From Flavobacteriia bacterium (GTDB lineage: Bacteria > Bacteroidota > Bacteroidia > Flavobacteriales_D > Crocinitomicaceae), in the NCBI GenBank assembly GCA_947453545.1, contig CANGHE010000001.1, positions 1-41,411 of the forward strand: a DNA stretch of 41,411 nucleotides. The letters are read 5' to 3'. The position numbers and the translations under genes were made by a program. Under the pieces are notes generated by a model that was not told the DNA's origin, did not search any database, and worked only from the letters and a program-made list of their open reading frames with translations. Below are positions 34,565 through 41,411 of the stretch, piece after piece. Numbering within the stretch: the stretch's first letter is position 1; every line of letters begins with the position of its first letter.

Positions 34565-36781
34565 ATGCATTTTAATACAATCATAATAGGAGGTGGCTTA
34601 GGCGGTTTGACCGCTGGAGCTACATTATCTAAATTAGGAAGAAAAGTTCTGTTATTAGAGCAGCATTATATCCCAGGTGGCTGCGCAACAACATTTAAAC
34701 GGAAAGACTTTGTTATGGAAGTTGGATTGCACGAAATGGATGGGCTATTTGATAAAGACACAAAGGTTCAAGTTTTTGATTTTCTTGAAGTTAATAAATC
34801 AGTTAAGTTTATTCAAGTTCCAGAATTATTTCATCTTATTTCGAACAGACCAGAATTTACCTTTCCACATGGAACAGAATCTGCACAAAAATTACTTGTT
34901 GATAAATTTCCACAAGAAGAAAAAGGCATCAAAGCATTCTTTAATTTAATTAGCGGTGTTTTAAATGAAACATCTAAAATGCCTCAAGAAAAATGGAAAA
35001 CCATACTTATTTTCCCTTTCATGCCACTTCTGTTTCCAAATATTGTCAAGTCTTCTAGAACAAGCATAGGGCATTGGCTTGATAAAAATATACAAAATGA
35101 TGAGCTTAAATTAATCCTGACTGCTAACCTCTTGTATTATGGAGATGATCCATATTCCCTTTCGTTAATGTATTTTTCTGTAGCTCAAGCTAGTTATATA
35201 GGTGGTGGTGGACATTTCATAAAAGGTGGCTCACAAAAACTTTCCGATTATCTGTCTAAATTTATTCAGAATCATGGAGGCCAGGTAATGCTGGGTGCTA
35301 ATGTTGAGAAAATAATGGTAGAAAATGGAAAAGCAATCGGTATTCAGTTTCGTGATTCCTTTAACAAGGAAAGTTCACCTAAAAAAATATATGCAGATTC
35401 TATTATTGCAAATGCTGCTATTCCTAATGTAGTTCGAATGCTACCAACAAAATATAGTTGTCTTCTTGAAGAAAAAACAAAAAACATGGAAGAAGCATGT
35501 TCTCTTTTATCTATTTACATGTGTTTTGATGTAGAGTTGAAACAAGTAGGTGTGAAACATTATTCAACTTTAATTCAAGACGAAAGTGTAAAAACTTTAA
35601 AGGACCTAAAGAAAAACTACAAAGGTGAATGGAGTGATAAAAGTTTTGCCTTTGTAGATTATAGTCAAGTTGATTCAGGTTTAGCACCACTAGGTAAAAG
35701 TATTGGGGTAATTTGTGCCGCAGATTATTTATCTGAATGGGAAGAATTAAACGATTATGAATATAAAGCAAAAAAAGAACAAGTAGCTCAAATATTTTTT
35801 AAAAAATTAGAAAAACAATTTCCAGAAATTTTGAAACATTTAATCTATTATGAAGTAGGAACTTCAAAAACTATTCAAAAATATACGCTGAACCCAAAAG
35901 GAACACCTTATGGTTATGCCCAAACCCCTGCGCAATCAGGATTGAAAAGGATACCATTAAAATCCCCTATAAAAAATTTATTTTTCGCTTCTGCATGGTC
36001 TTTCCCTGGTGGTGGTTTTACTGGAGCAATCCTGAGCGGGTTTTTAAGCGCGACCTCTATGAACAAGAAAAATAAATGGTGTAGGCCAGATTCTGAGTTT
36101 TTAATGGATTCAAGAGTTGTTAAACTAATAAAAAGAGAAATAATTGCTGAAAATACGCTTCAATTATCTTTTGAAAAACCAAAAGGCTTTAATCATAAAT
36201 CAGGACAGTTTGCCATTCTCAGATTAAATAATCCAAAATATAATGATTTAGATATGCCTTTTCGGTCATTATCAATCGTTTCTTATAAGGATGAACCAAT
36301 ACTTCGTTTTGCAATGAGAATAAGCAAAAGCAGTTATAAACAAAGTTGTGAACAGATGAAAGTTGGAGAAGAAGCTACTGTTTTTGGTCCAAATGGAAAA
36401 TTCGTATTAAATGAAGGAATGCAAAATATTGTTTTTCTAATTTCAGGGATTGGTATTACGCCCATCATTCCAATGCTAAAGGAACTTGAAAAAAAACAAT
36501 TTACTGGTCAAGTATTTCTTTTTTACTCTAATAAAACAAAAGCTTCAACTGCTTATGATGATGAATTGAAAAATATCCAACTTGAAAATTATTTCTATAT
36601 TCCAGTCACAACTTCTGAAACCAAAAGAATTGAAATTGAATTGCTAAAAATTCATTTAAAAAATTTAAGTTTTTTTGAATATTTTATAGTTGGAACTTCT
36701 TCCTTTCTAAAAACCATGAAAAAGATTTTAATAAACGAAGGAGTGAATATTACTAAATTAAAAGAAGACGACTTTGGGTAA
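34565..36781 (+). CDS. fusion protein: CrtI/phytoene-desaturase-like NAD(P)/FAD oxidoreductase plus ferredoxin-reductase-type FAD/NAD(P)-binding module
   Basis: N-terminal dinucleotide fold IIIGGGLGGLTAGATLSKLGRKVLLLEQHYIPGGCATTF. The C-terminal about 230 aa carry GQFAILRL, RSLSIVS (RxYS-type FAD motif), GPNGKF and FLISGIGITPIIPML (NAD(P)-binding GxGxxP). Confidence 0.85.
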   Translation: MHFNTIIIGGGLGGLTAGATLSKLGRKVLLLEQHYIPGGCATTFKRKDFVMEVGLHEMDGLFDKDTKVQVFDFLEVNKSVKFIQVPELFHLISNRPEFTFPHGTESAQKLLVDKFPQEEKGIKAFFNLISGVLNETSKMPQEKWKTILIFPFMPLLFPNIVKSSRTSIGHWLDKNIQNDELKLILTANLLYYGDDPYSLSLMYFSVAQASYIGGGGHFIKGGSQKLSDYLSKFIQNHGGQVMLGANVEKIMVENGKAIGIQFRDSFNKESSPKKIYADSIIANAAIPNVVRMLPTKYSCLLEEKTKNMEEACSLLSIYMCFDVELKQVGVKHYSTLIQDESVKTLKDLKKNYKGEWSDKSFAFVDYSQVDSGLAPLGKSIGVICAADYLSEWEELNDYEYKAKKEQVAQIFFKKLEKQFPEILKHLIYYEVGTSKTIQKYTLNPKGTPYGYAQTPAQSGLKRIPLKSPIKNLFFASAWSFPGGGFTGAILSGFLSATSMNKKNKWCRPDSEFLMDSRVVKLIKREIIAENTLQLSFEKPKGFNHKSGQFAILRLNNPKYNDLDMPFRSLSIVSYKDEPILRFAMRISKSSYKQSCEQMKVGEEATVFGPNGKFVLNEGMQNIVFLISGIGITPIIPMLKELEKKQFTGQVFLFYSNKTKASTAYDDELKNIQLENYFYIPVTTSETKRIEIELLKIHLKNLSFFEYFIVGTSSFLKTMKKILINEGVNITKLKEDDFG

Positions 36782-36872
36782 TATAAGTAAGGCTACCGAT
36801 AACGGTTCTAATCAAAAATGAGGTTTCGTGTTCCAAATACAGTTTTTTGGTAAAAGTTCTGCCTTTTGAGTA

Positions 36873-36890
36873 GTTGCAAAACTTTGCAAC
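36873..36890. promoter_or_regulatory. inverted repeat GTTGCAAA-ac-TTTGCAAC, candidate operator
   Basis: 8-bp arms with a 2-bp spacer, about 80 bp upstream of the likely AraC start (ATG at 36971). The spacer is too short for an RNA hairpin loop. Confidence 0.3.
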
Positions 36891-36949
36891 CTATTTCAGC
36901 GACAGTCCGAACTTCAAACTTTAATGCAATAAATTAACTTTGATAAACA

Positions 36950-37540
36950 TTGGCAAATAATAAAAGGCAAATGAAAATACATATAAAACACATGGTTTCA
37001 TTTCGTTGCAAAATGGCAGTTAAAGACGCATTAGACAAAATGGGACTGCATTACAGATTTATTGACTTAGGTGAAATTTACTTAATTGAAAACACTATTA
37101 CGCCAGAGCAACATGACCATTTGAAAAGTGTTCTTCAAAAAATAGGACTTGAGTTAATGGAGGAAACTAAATCCGTTCTGGTTGAAAGAATCAAAAACAT
37201 CATAATTGAAATGATTCACTTCAAAGATGAGTGGCCTAAATGTAAAACTTCTGAGTATCTCAGCAATCAACTTAACCATAATTACAATTACCTATCCAAT
37301 TTATTTACAGAAGGGACAGGGACAACCATTCAACACTACATTCTGCTTCACAAAATCGAAAAAGTAAAAGAATTAATATTGTATGACGAACTCAATATCA
37401 CAGAGATTTCATACAAATTAAACTTTAGCAGCGTTGCTCATTTATCTTGCCAGTTCAAAAAATTGACTGGACTAACTCCAAAAAATTTCAAAAATAATCA
37501 TGACTACAAAAAACGACTTATGCTTGAGACCATTAAATAA
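36950..37540 (+). CDS. AraC family transcriptional regulator
   Basis: C-terminal HTH pair (SEYLSNQLNHNYNYLSNLFTEGTGTTIQHYILLHKIEKVKELILYDELNITEISYKLNFSSVAHLSCQFKKLTGLTPKNF). The ORF-track start is a TTG. The ATG at 36971 (MKIHIKHM...) is the more likely start. Confidence 0.85.
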   Translation: MANNKRQMKIHIKHMVSFRCKMAVKDALDKMGLHYRFIDLGEIYLIENTITPEQHDHLKSVLQKIGLELMEETKSVLVERIKNIIIEMIHFKDEWPKCKTSEYLSNQLNHNYNYLSNLFTEGTGTTIQHYILLHKIEKVKELILYDELNITEISYKLNFSSVAHLSCQFKKLTGLTPKNFKNNHDYKKRLMLETIK

Positions 37541-37834
37541 ATGGAATGAAAATTAAGTTCACTTGATTTATAAAAAACACATTTCAAGGTTATGAAATGC
37601 TCAAGTATCTAAATCTGACTTATTAGTTAAAAAAATCTCTTTCTTTGATTTTCTAAAAGCAATATACCGAAATGACAAAACTCTTATCAAAACAGTACAA
37701 AATTAAAGTGTACAACTCGTGTTTTCTGAGGACGAAGCAAATTAAATATTAACTAAATTGAAAAATATTACAGTAATTGGACAAATTGAAAGAGTAATTA
37801 TAAAAGATTTGCTAGCAATCAAAATAATAAAAAA

Positions 37835-38095
37835 TTGAATAATCCTGATGGTTCAAAAACAATCTTAGAAAGAGATTTTTCAAAATTATCAATGGGTCAA
37901 CAAGAATCGATTTTATTAACACTATTACTATTTTCAAAGAGAAATTGTCCGTTAATAATAGACCAACCAGAGGATAATCTTGATAGTGAATTTATACACA
38001 AAATTTTAGTAAAAAATCAAAAAAGAATAAAAGAAAATCGCCAAGTTATAATAGTAACTCATAATGCTAATATAACTGTCTTAGGAGATTTCTAA
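37835..38095 (+). pseudogene. remnant (C-terminal part) of an ABC/SMC-type ATPase gene
   Basis: LSMGQQESILLTLLL (signature-like motif), PLIIDQPEDNLD (Walker B/D-loop) and IIVTHNANI (H-loop). No Walker A anywhere upstream: an in-frame stop lies at 37787..37789. The ORF begins at a TTG and ends abruptly. Confidence 0.6.
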
Positions 38096-38183
38096 CTTAT
38101 TTTACAGTGAAAAGTACAAATAAAAAAACTAGTATCGTAAACAGAGGCTCAATAGTTATTAGAACTACAAAATACGACAGAAT

Positions 38184-38756
38184 ATGACAGAATTAGAACA
38201 ATATATAAAATCTTACTTTGGTGTAGTTAATTCTGATGACTTGAAAAAGATAGTTTCATTATTCAAATTGACTTCTATTAAAAAAGGTGCCTTTTTATTA
38301 AAAGCAGGCAAGCATTGCAACAATTTAAGTTTTGTTCAATTGGGACTTTTAAGAATGTTTATTTCGACTGACGAAAAAGAGATAACCCAATGGATTTCAA
38401 CAAAAGGATATTTCACGACAGACTTATCAAGTTTTGTGTTTGAAACTACCTCACGGATATCAATTCAAGCATTGACAGACACAGAAGTATATTCAGTAAC
38501 AAAAACTGATTATAAAAAAATTGGAGAATTAGTACCTAAATGGTACGAATTAGAAAAGTTATTTATTATTCGTTGTTTTATAATTCTTGAAGAACGAATC
38601 TTTAGTCATTTATCAATGACAGCAGAAGAAAGATATGATTATTTCTTTGAAAACAATAGAGAATTATTTAATCAAGTACCTTTACAATATATTGCTTCAA
38701 TGCTTGGAATGACTCCCGAAACATTTAGTCGAATCAGAAAAAGAAAACTTTTGTGA
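38184..38756 (+). CDS. Crp/Fnr family transcriptional regulator
   Basis: cNMP-binding-like N-terminal domain and C-terminal HTH (LQYIASMLGMTPETFSRIRKR). Confidence 0.85.
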   Translation: MTELEQYIKSYFGVVNSDDLKKIVSLFKLTSIKKGAFLLKAGKHCNNLSFVQLGLLRMFISTDEKEITQWISTKGYFTTDLSSFVFETTSRISIQALTDTEVYSVTKTDYKKIGELVPKWYELEKLFIIRCFIILEERIFSHLSMTAEERYDYFFENNRELFNQVPLQYIASMLGMTPETFSRIRKRKLL

Positions 38757-38828
38757 TTTCTTGATTTTTGTCAAGAGCAAAATAATTGTTTGGTTAAATC
38801 TTTGTAACGTAATTCTAAAGGGAGACAA

Positions 38829-39317
38829 ATGAAATATTTAACAACAATTAGTTTAATCACATTATTAAATGAAACAGCAATGGCAAAAGAAATCAAAACA
38901 GAAATTTTAATTAATGCAAAACCTAAAAAAGTTTGGTCAATTCTTACAAATTTTGACAATTATCCGAATTGGAATCCATTTATAAAATTTGTAAAAGGAG
39001 ACATGAAAGTTGGAAATAAAATTACAGTAAGAATTGAGCCACTAGAATCTAAAGGGATGACTTTTAAACCAAAAATTCTCACATCTGAAACTAACAAAGA
39101 ATTTAAGTGGATTGGACATTTATTGTTTGCAGGACTTTTTGATGGCGAGCATAAATTTGAACTTATTGACAACGGAAATGGAACAACAACTTTTAGACAA
39201 AGCGAAAAATTTAAAGGTATTCTTGTGCCACTTTTCAAAAAAAAACTTTACAATAATACGGAAAAAGGATTTGAAGAATTGAATAGAAAATTAAAAGAAT
39301 TAGCAGAACAGAAATAA
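38829..39317 (+). CDS. SRPBCC (polyketide cyclase/dehydrase-like) family protein
   Basis: EILINAKPKKVWSILTNFDNYPNWNPFI...FKWIGHLLFAGLFDGEHKFELIDNGNGTTTFRQSEKFKGILVPLF is typical of SRPBCC proteins. The start may be the internal Met (MAKEIK...). Confidence 0.8.
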   Translation: MKYLTTISLITLLNETAMAKEIKTEILINAKPKKVWSILTNFDNYPNWNPFIKFVKGDMKVGNKITVRIEPLESKGMTFKPKILTSETNKEFKWIGHLLFAGLFDGEHKFELIDNGNGTTTFRQSEKFKGILVPLFKKKLYNNTEKGFEELNRKLKELAEQK

Positions 39318-39714
39318 ATACTACCACTAAAAGCTGTTTCAAGAAATGGAGAGGCACGGGATTTATTTGGAATGGAAAAGGTTTTTAATTTAATGTTTTG
39401 TTTATATTCGTGAAGGCTTGGTCTTGGTTCGTCGCCACTTCTTGAATATAGGGAGCGTTATATTTTATTACTTCTTTTTATATCATCAAATACTTACGTT
39501 TTAGGTTCATATTGTTTGAATAAAGTTATTTCAAAAACTTATTCAAACTCAAATTCTTTATGTGCTTTAGTTTCTTTGAGAAATATTAAATAAATGGATG
39601 TTATAGAATTCAAATAAGTTTACTTAGATAATGCATAGGTATTAAAAAAAACATTCATCGATATAAAAATCATGTTTCGTCTATAATTAAATAATATTTA
39701 GTCGATATTTAATA

Positions 39715-39771
39715 TTTGGTTTACCTTTGGTACACCAAAGTAAACTAAAAGTATACGTTTGGTAAACCAAA
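39715..39771. promoter_or_regulatory. cluster of TTTGGTnnAC(C) half-sites in nested inverted repeats
   Basis: tttggtttac (39715), tttggtacac (39726), exact TTTGGTGTAC on the minus strand (39730..39739), tttggtaaac (39758). TTTGGTTTACC at 39715..39725 is the reverse complement of GGTAAACCAAA at 39761..39771. Confidence 0.4.
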
Positions 39772-39902
39772 AATATATGTTACTAGTATACTTATAGTTT
39801 ATTCTAAGTTTATCAAAGGTATATTTATTTTGTTTATGAACTTTAAAGTGATAAACAAGTAAGCGGAAACGGATTAATAATTTGTTTCCTAAGCAATACT
39901 AT

Positions 39903-41267
39903 TTATTCCAGTAAGTGGGAATAATCTTCTGGAAGTTCTGCGTCAATATCTCTTAAATATAGTTCAAGTGCAGACATGGTAGAATGTCCTGTAATGTTCA
40001 TTAAAATACTTTTGGCTTCAAATGGTGAATACGTTTTGCGAAGTTCTCTGTAAAGTTTCGTAATGAAGGTATGTCTAAAACTATACATTCCATAATCTGC
40101 CCCCAGTCCAAAGTGGTCTTTTACAATTGTCTTGAATCGTTTTGAAAAATGGTCCCTTCGATTGTTTTCTATAGCAATCCATTCGCCTCCAATTTTAGAG
40201 GGTGTGAATAAAAAATCATCTTTATTCATTTGAGATAAATCTGGTAAATCTTTTATTAAAATTTCCGGAATAATTTTGATTTTAACTAGTTTGTTTTTCG
40301 CTCTGACATATATTTTTTTGTCTTTAATATCCAAATCTCCTACTTTCAACCTACAAACTTCAACTGGGCGCAAAAAATTATAGGAGATAAATTTTATAAA
40401 AAGCAGAAGTAAAGGGTCATTTTTCTCAAGATAGGAATAAATTTTTTCTTGCATATCTGGAGTGTATGTTTTGTTTCGCTCCGGTTTAGTTTTTAAAGTA
40501 TTTATTCTTTTTATGAAATTTTCGGGTATTATTTCATCATTAGCAAAAACCTCAAATAAAGTACTTAAGTCAATTCTGGTATTATTTCGATTTCTAGCAC
40601 TTGTGCTTTCTAAAATACTATTCAGGTATTCATTAGTTTGTTTGCGATTTAAAGAGGTAATTGGTGCGTTCTCGTCTAATGCTTTTTTGAATCGATTAAT
40701 TCGTCCTGCAAAATTCATGTAGGAAGTTTCATTTAGAGATTTTTTTTTGATTTTTAGAGCATATTCAAAAGCTTCTTTAATGGATAAAACTGGTTCAATG
40801 GGTTCTGCTTTTATAGGCTCTGAAATTACTGTGACTTCGGGTTTATTTGGAATAGGAACTATAATAGCTTTTTGACTTTCGCTCGAACTTGGTTTTTCTG
40901 CATCAATTAAGCTTAAATCGGCTTCTAAATAAGGGTTTAATCCTTTTTCTAAAAGGTATTCAAGTGCATCTCTTAATTTTGTTAGGATGGCAATTCGCTC
41001 TCTTTTAGTTTTAAATCTATTACAACCACCCTTTATGTTAGGCATTCGCTTTAGTTTTCCAGTAGTACCATCTAAAAATTTATAATAGATGTACCAATCT
41101 TTAGAAATTGCTTGACTTTGCTCTTCTTTTGAGAGTTCATTCCATAAAGTAATATCCACACCACCGGTGTAAATTTTGGGTTCTGAAAAATTTTTTTTGT
41201 CCAAAGAGTGTCTTGTTTGGTGTACGTTTTGGTGTACTCTTTGTAAAAGTAATAAAATATTTGACAT
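39903..41267 (-). CDS. tyrosine-type site-specific integrase (Bacteroidota type with N-terminal Arm DNA-binding domain)
   Basis: N-terminal KIYTGGVDI...SKDWYIYYKF.DGTTGKLKR...ERIAILTKLRDALEYLLEKGLNPY. Catalytic-region motifs LRPVEVCRL (Arg), YSFRHTF (HxxR) and LELYLRD (Tyr). Adjacent to a tRNA gene. The true start may be the TTG at 41204..41202. Confidence 0.9.
   Translation of the reverse strand: MSNILLLLQRVHQNVHQTRHSLDKKNFSEPKIYTGGVDITLWNELSKEEQSQAISKDWYIYYKFLDGTTGKLKRMPNIKGGCNRFKTKRERIAILTKLRDALEYLLEKGLNPYLEADLSLIDAEKPSSSESQKAIIVPIPNKPEVTVISEPIKAEPIEPVLSIKEAFEYALKIKKKSLNETSYMNFAGRINRFKKALDENAPITSLNRKQTNEYLNSILESTSARNRNNTRIDLSTLFEVFANDEIIPENFIKRINTLKTKPERNKTYTPDMQEKIYSYLEKNDPLLLLFIKFISYNFLRPVEVCRLKVGDLDIKDKKIYVRAKNKLVKIKIIPEILIKDLPDLSQMNKDDFLFTPSKIGGEWIAIENNRRDHFSKRFKTIVKDHFGLGADYGMYSFRHTFITKLYRELRKTYSPFEAKSILMNITGHSTMSALELYLRDIDAELPEDYSHLLE
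41216..41237 (+). repeat. two direct copies of TTTGGTGTAC, 12 nt apart
   Basis: tttggtgtac at 41216..41225 and 41228..41237. They translate as the odd VHQNVHQT in the annotated integrase N-terminus. The same 10-mer occurs inverted at 39730..39739. Confidence 0.45.
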
Positions 41268-41298
41268 AAAAAAAGCGGCTTAGTGTACACTAAACCGC
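41268..41298 (-). terminator. rho-independent terminator of the tRNA gene
   Basis: The minus strand reads GCGGTTTAGTGTACACTAAGCCGC (a 24-nt palindrome with one mismatched pair) followed by T7. The T run ends exactly at the annotated integrase ATG. Confidence 0.55.
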
Positions 41299-41320
41299 GG
41301 TTTTATTGAATTTCTTTCTG

Positions 41321-41394
41321 TAGCGAGAGGGAGATTTGAACTCCCGACCTCAGGGTTATGAATCCTGCGCTCTAACCGACTGAGCTACCTCGCC
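41321..41394 (-). tRNA. tRNA with CAU anticodon (Met; Ile2 if lysidine-modified)
   Basis: The reverse complement GGCGAGGTAGCTCAGTCGGTTAGAGCGCAGGATTCATAACCCTGAGGTCGGGAGTTCAAATCTCCCTCTCGCTA folds as a cloverleaf. It has a D arm (GCTC/GAGC), anticodon loop TTCATAA, T arm (GGGAG TTCAAAT CTCCC) and a 7-bp acceptor stem with G1-U72 and G7-U66 wobbles. No encoded CCA. Confidence 0.85.
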
Positions 41395-41411
41395 ATGAGG
41401 GGTTGTGCGCC

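Noticed and set aside
34214-35771. ORFs 34214..34462, 34677..34949 (+) and 35511..35771 (-).
   Set aside because: They are out of frame or antisense within the DUF2141 and oxidoreductase genes, which have clear domain signatures.
38771-39238. Minus-strand ORFs 38771..38959 and 38960..39238.
   Set aside because: Antisense to the SRPBCC gene, which has a recognisable fold signature.
39903-41394. Integrase next to a tRNA, considered as the edge of a prophage.
   Set aside because: No capsid, tail, terminase, portal or lysis genes appear anywhere in the 41 kb. The content (R-M, adhesins, regulators, IS debris) fits a genomic island or integrative element rather than a phage.
1-41411. Scanned for CRISPR-cas, retron or DGR reverse transcriptases, rRNA, and additional tRNAs.
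   Set aside because: No reverse-transcriptase (YxDD), Cas, or rRNA-like sequences were recognised. The only tRNA-like cloverleaf found is at 41321..41394.

Overview
This is a 41.4-kb, very AT-rich accessory region that looks like Flavobacteriia (Bacteroidota). The evidence is T9SS type A and type B C-terminal sorting domains, an Arm-domain tyrosine integrase, and TAnnTTTG-like -7 boxes. The right edge is a tRNA(CAU) gene with its own terminator. A tyrosine integrase sits directly next to it, so the window looks like the interior and one end of a tRNA-integrated genomic island. The other end was not found in the window.

Left third, minus strand: a type I R-M operon in the order hsdR-hsdS-hsdM. 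It is opened twice by cargo. A DUF433/DUF5615 toxin-antitoxin-like pair lies between hsdR and hsdS. A much lower-GC, membrane-anchored Abi-like gene lies between hsdS and hsdM. Three uncharacterised co-directional genes follow. The R-M block abuts a truncated, frameshifted PAS-LuxR regulator gene.

Middle: a decayed IS256-family element. Two intact PAS-LuxR paralogs share a 16-bp perfect palindrome upstream. Two tandem paralogous modules follow, each made of a giant LRR protein with a T9SS type A tail plus a small secreted protein carrying a PID-TM-KKK C-terminal tail. A 1105-aa T9SS type B adhesin-like protein comes next.

Right third: an orphan receiver / cytoplasmic histidine-kinase pair with no DNA-binding output. 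Then a four-gene operon ending in a CrtI-like FAD oxidoreductase fused to a ferredoxin-reductase-type module. AraC, Crp/Fnr and SRPBCC genes, an ATPase gene fragment, the integrase and the tRNA complete the window.

I saw no rRNA, CRISPR array or phage structural genes. All function calls come from motif recognition by eye. No database search was possible.
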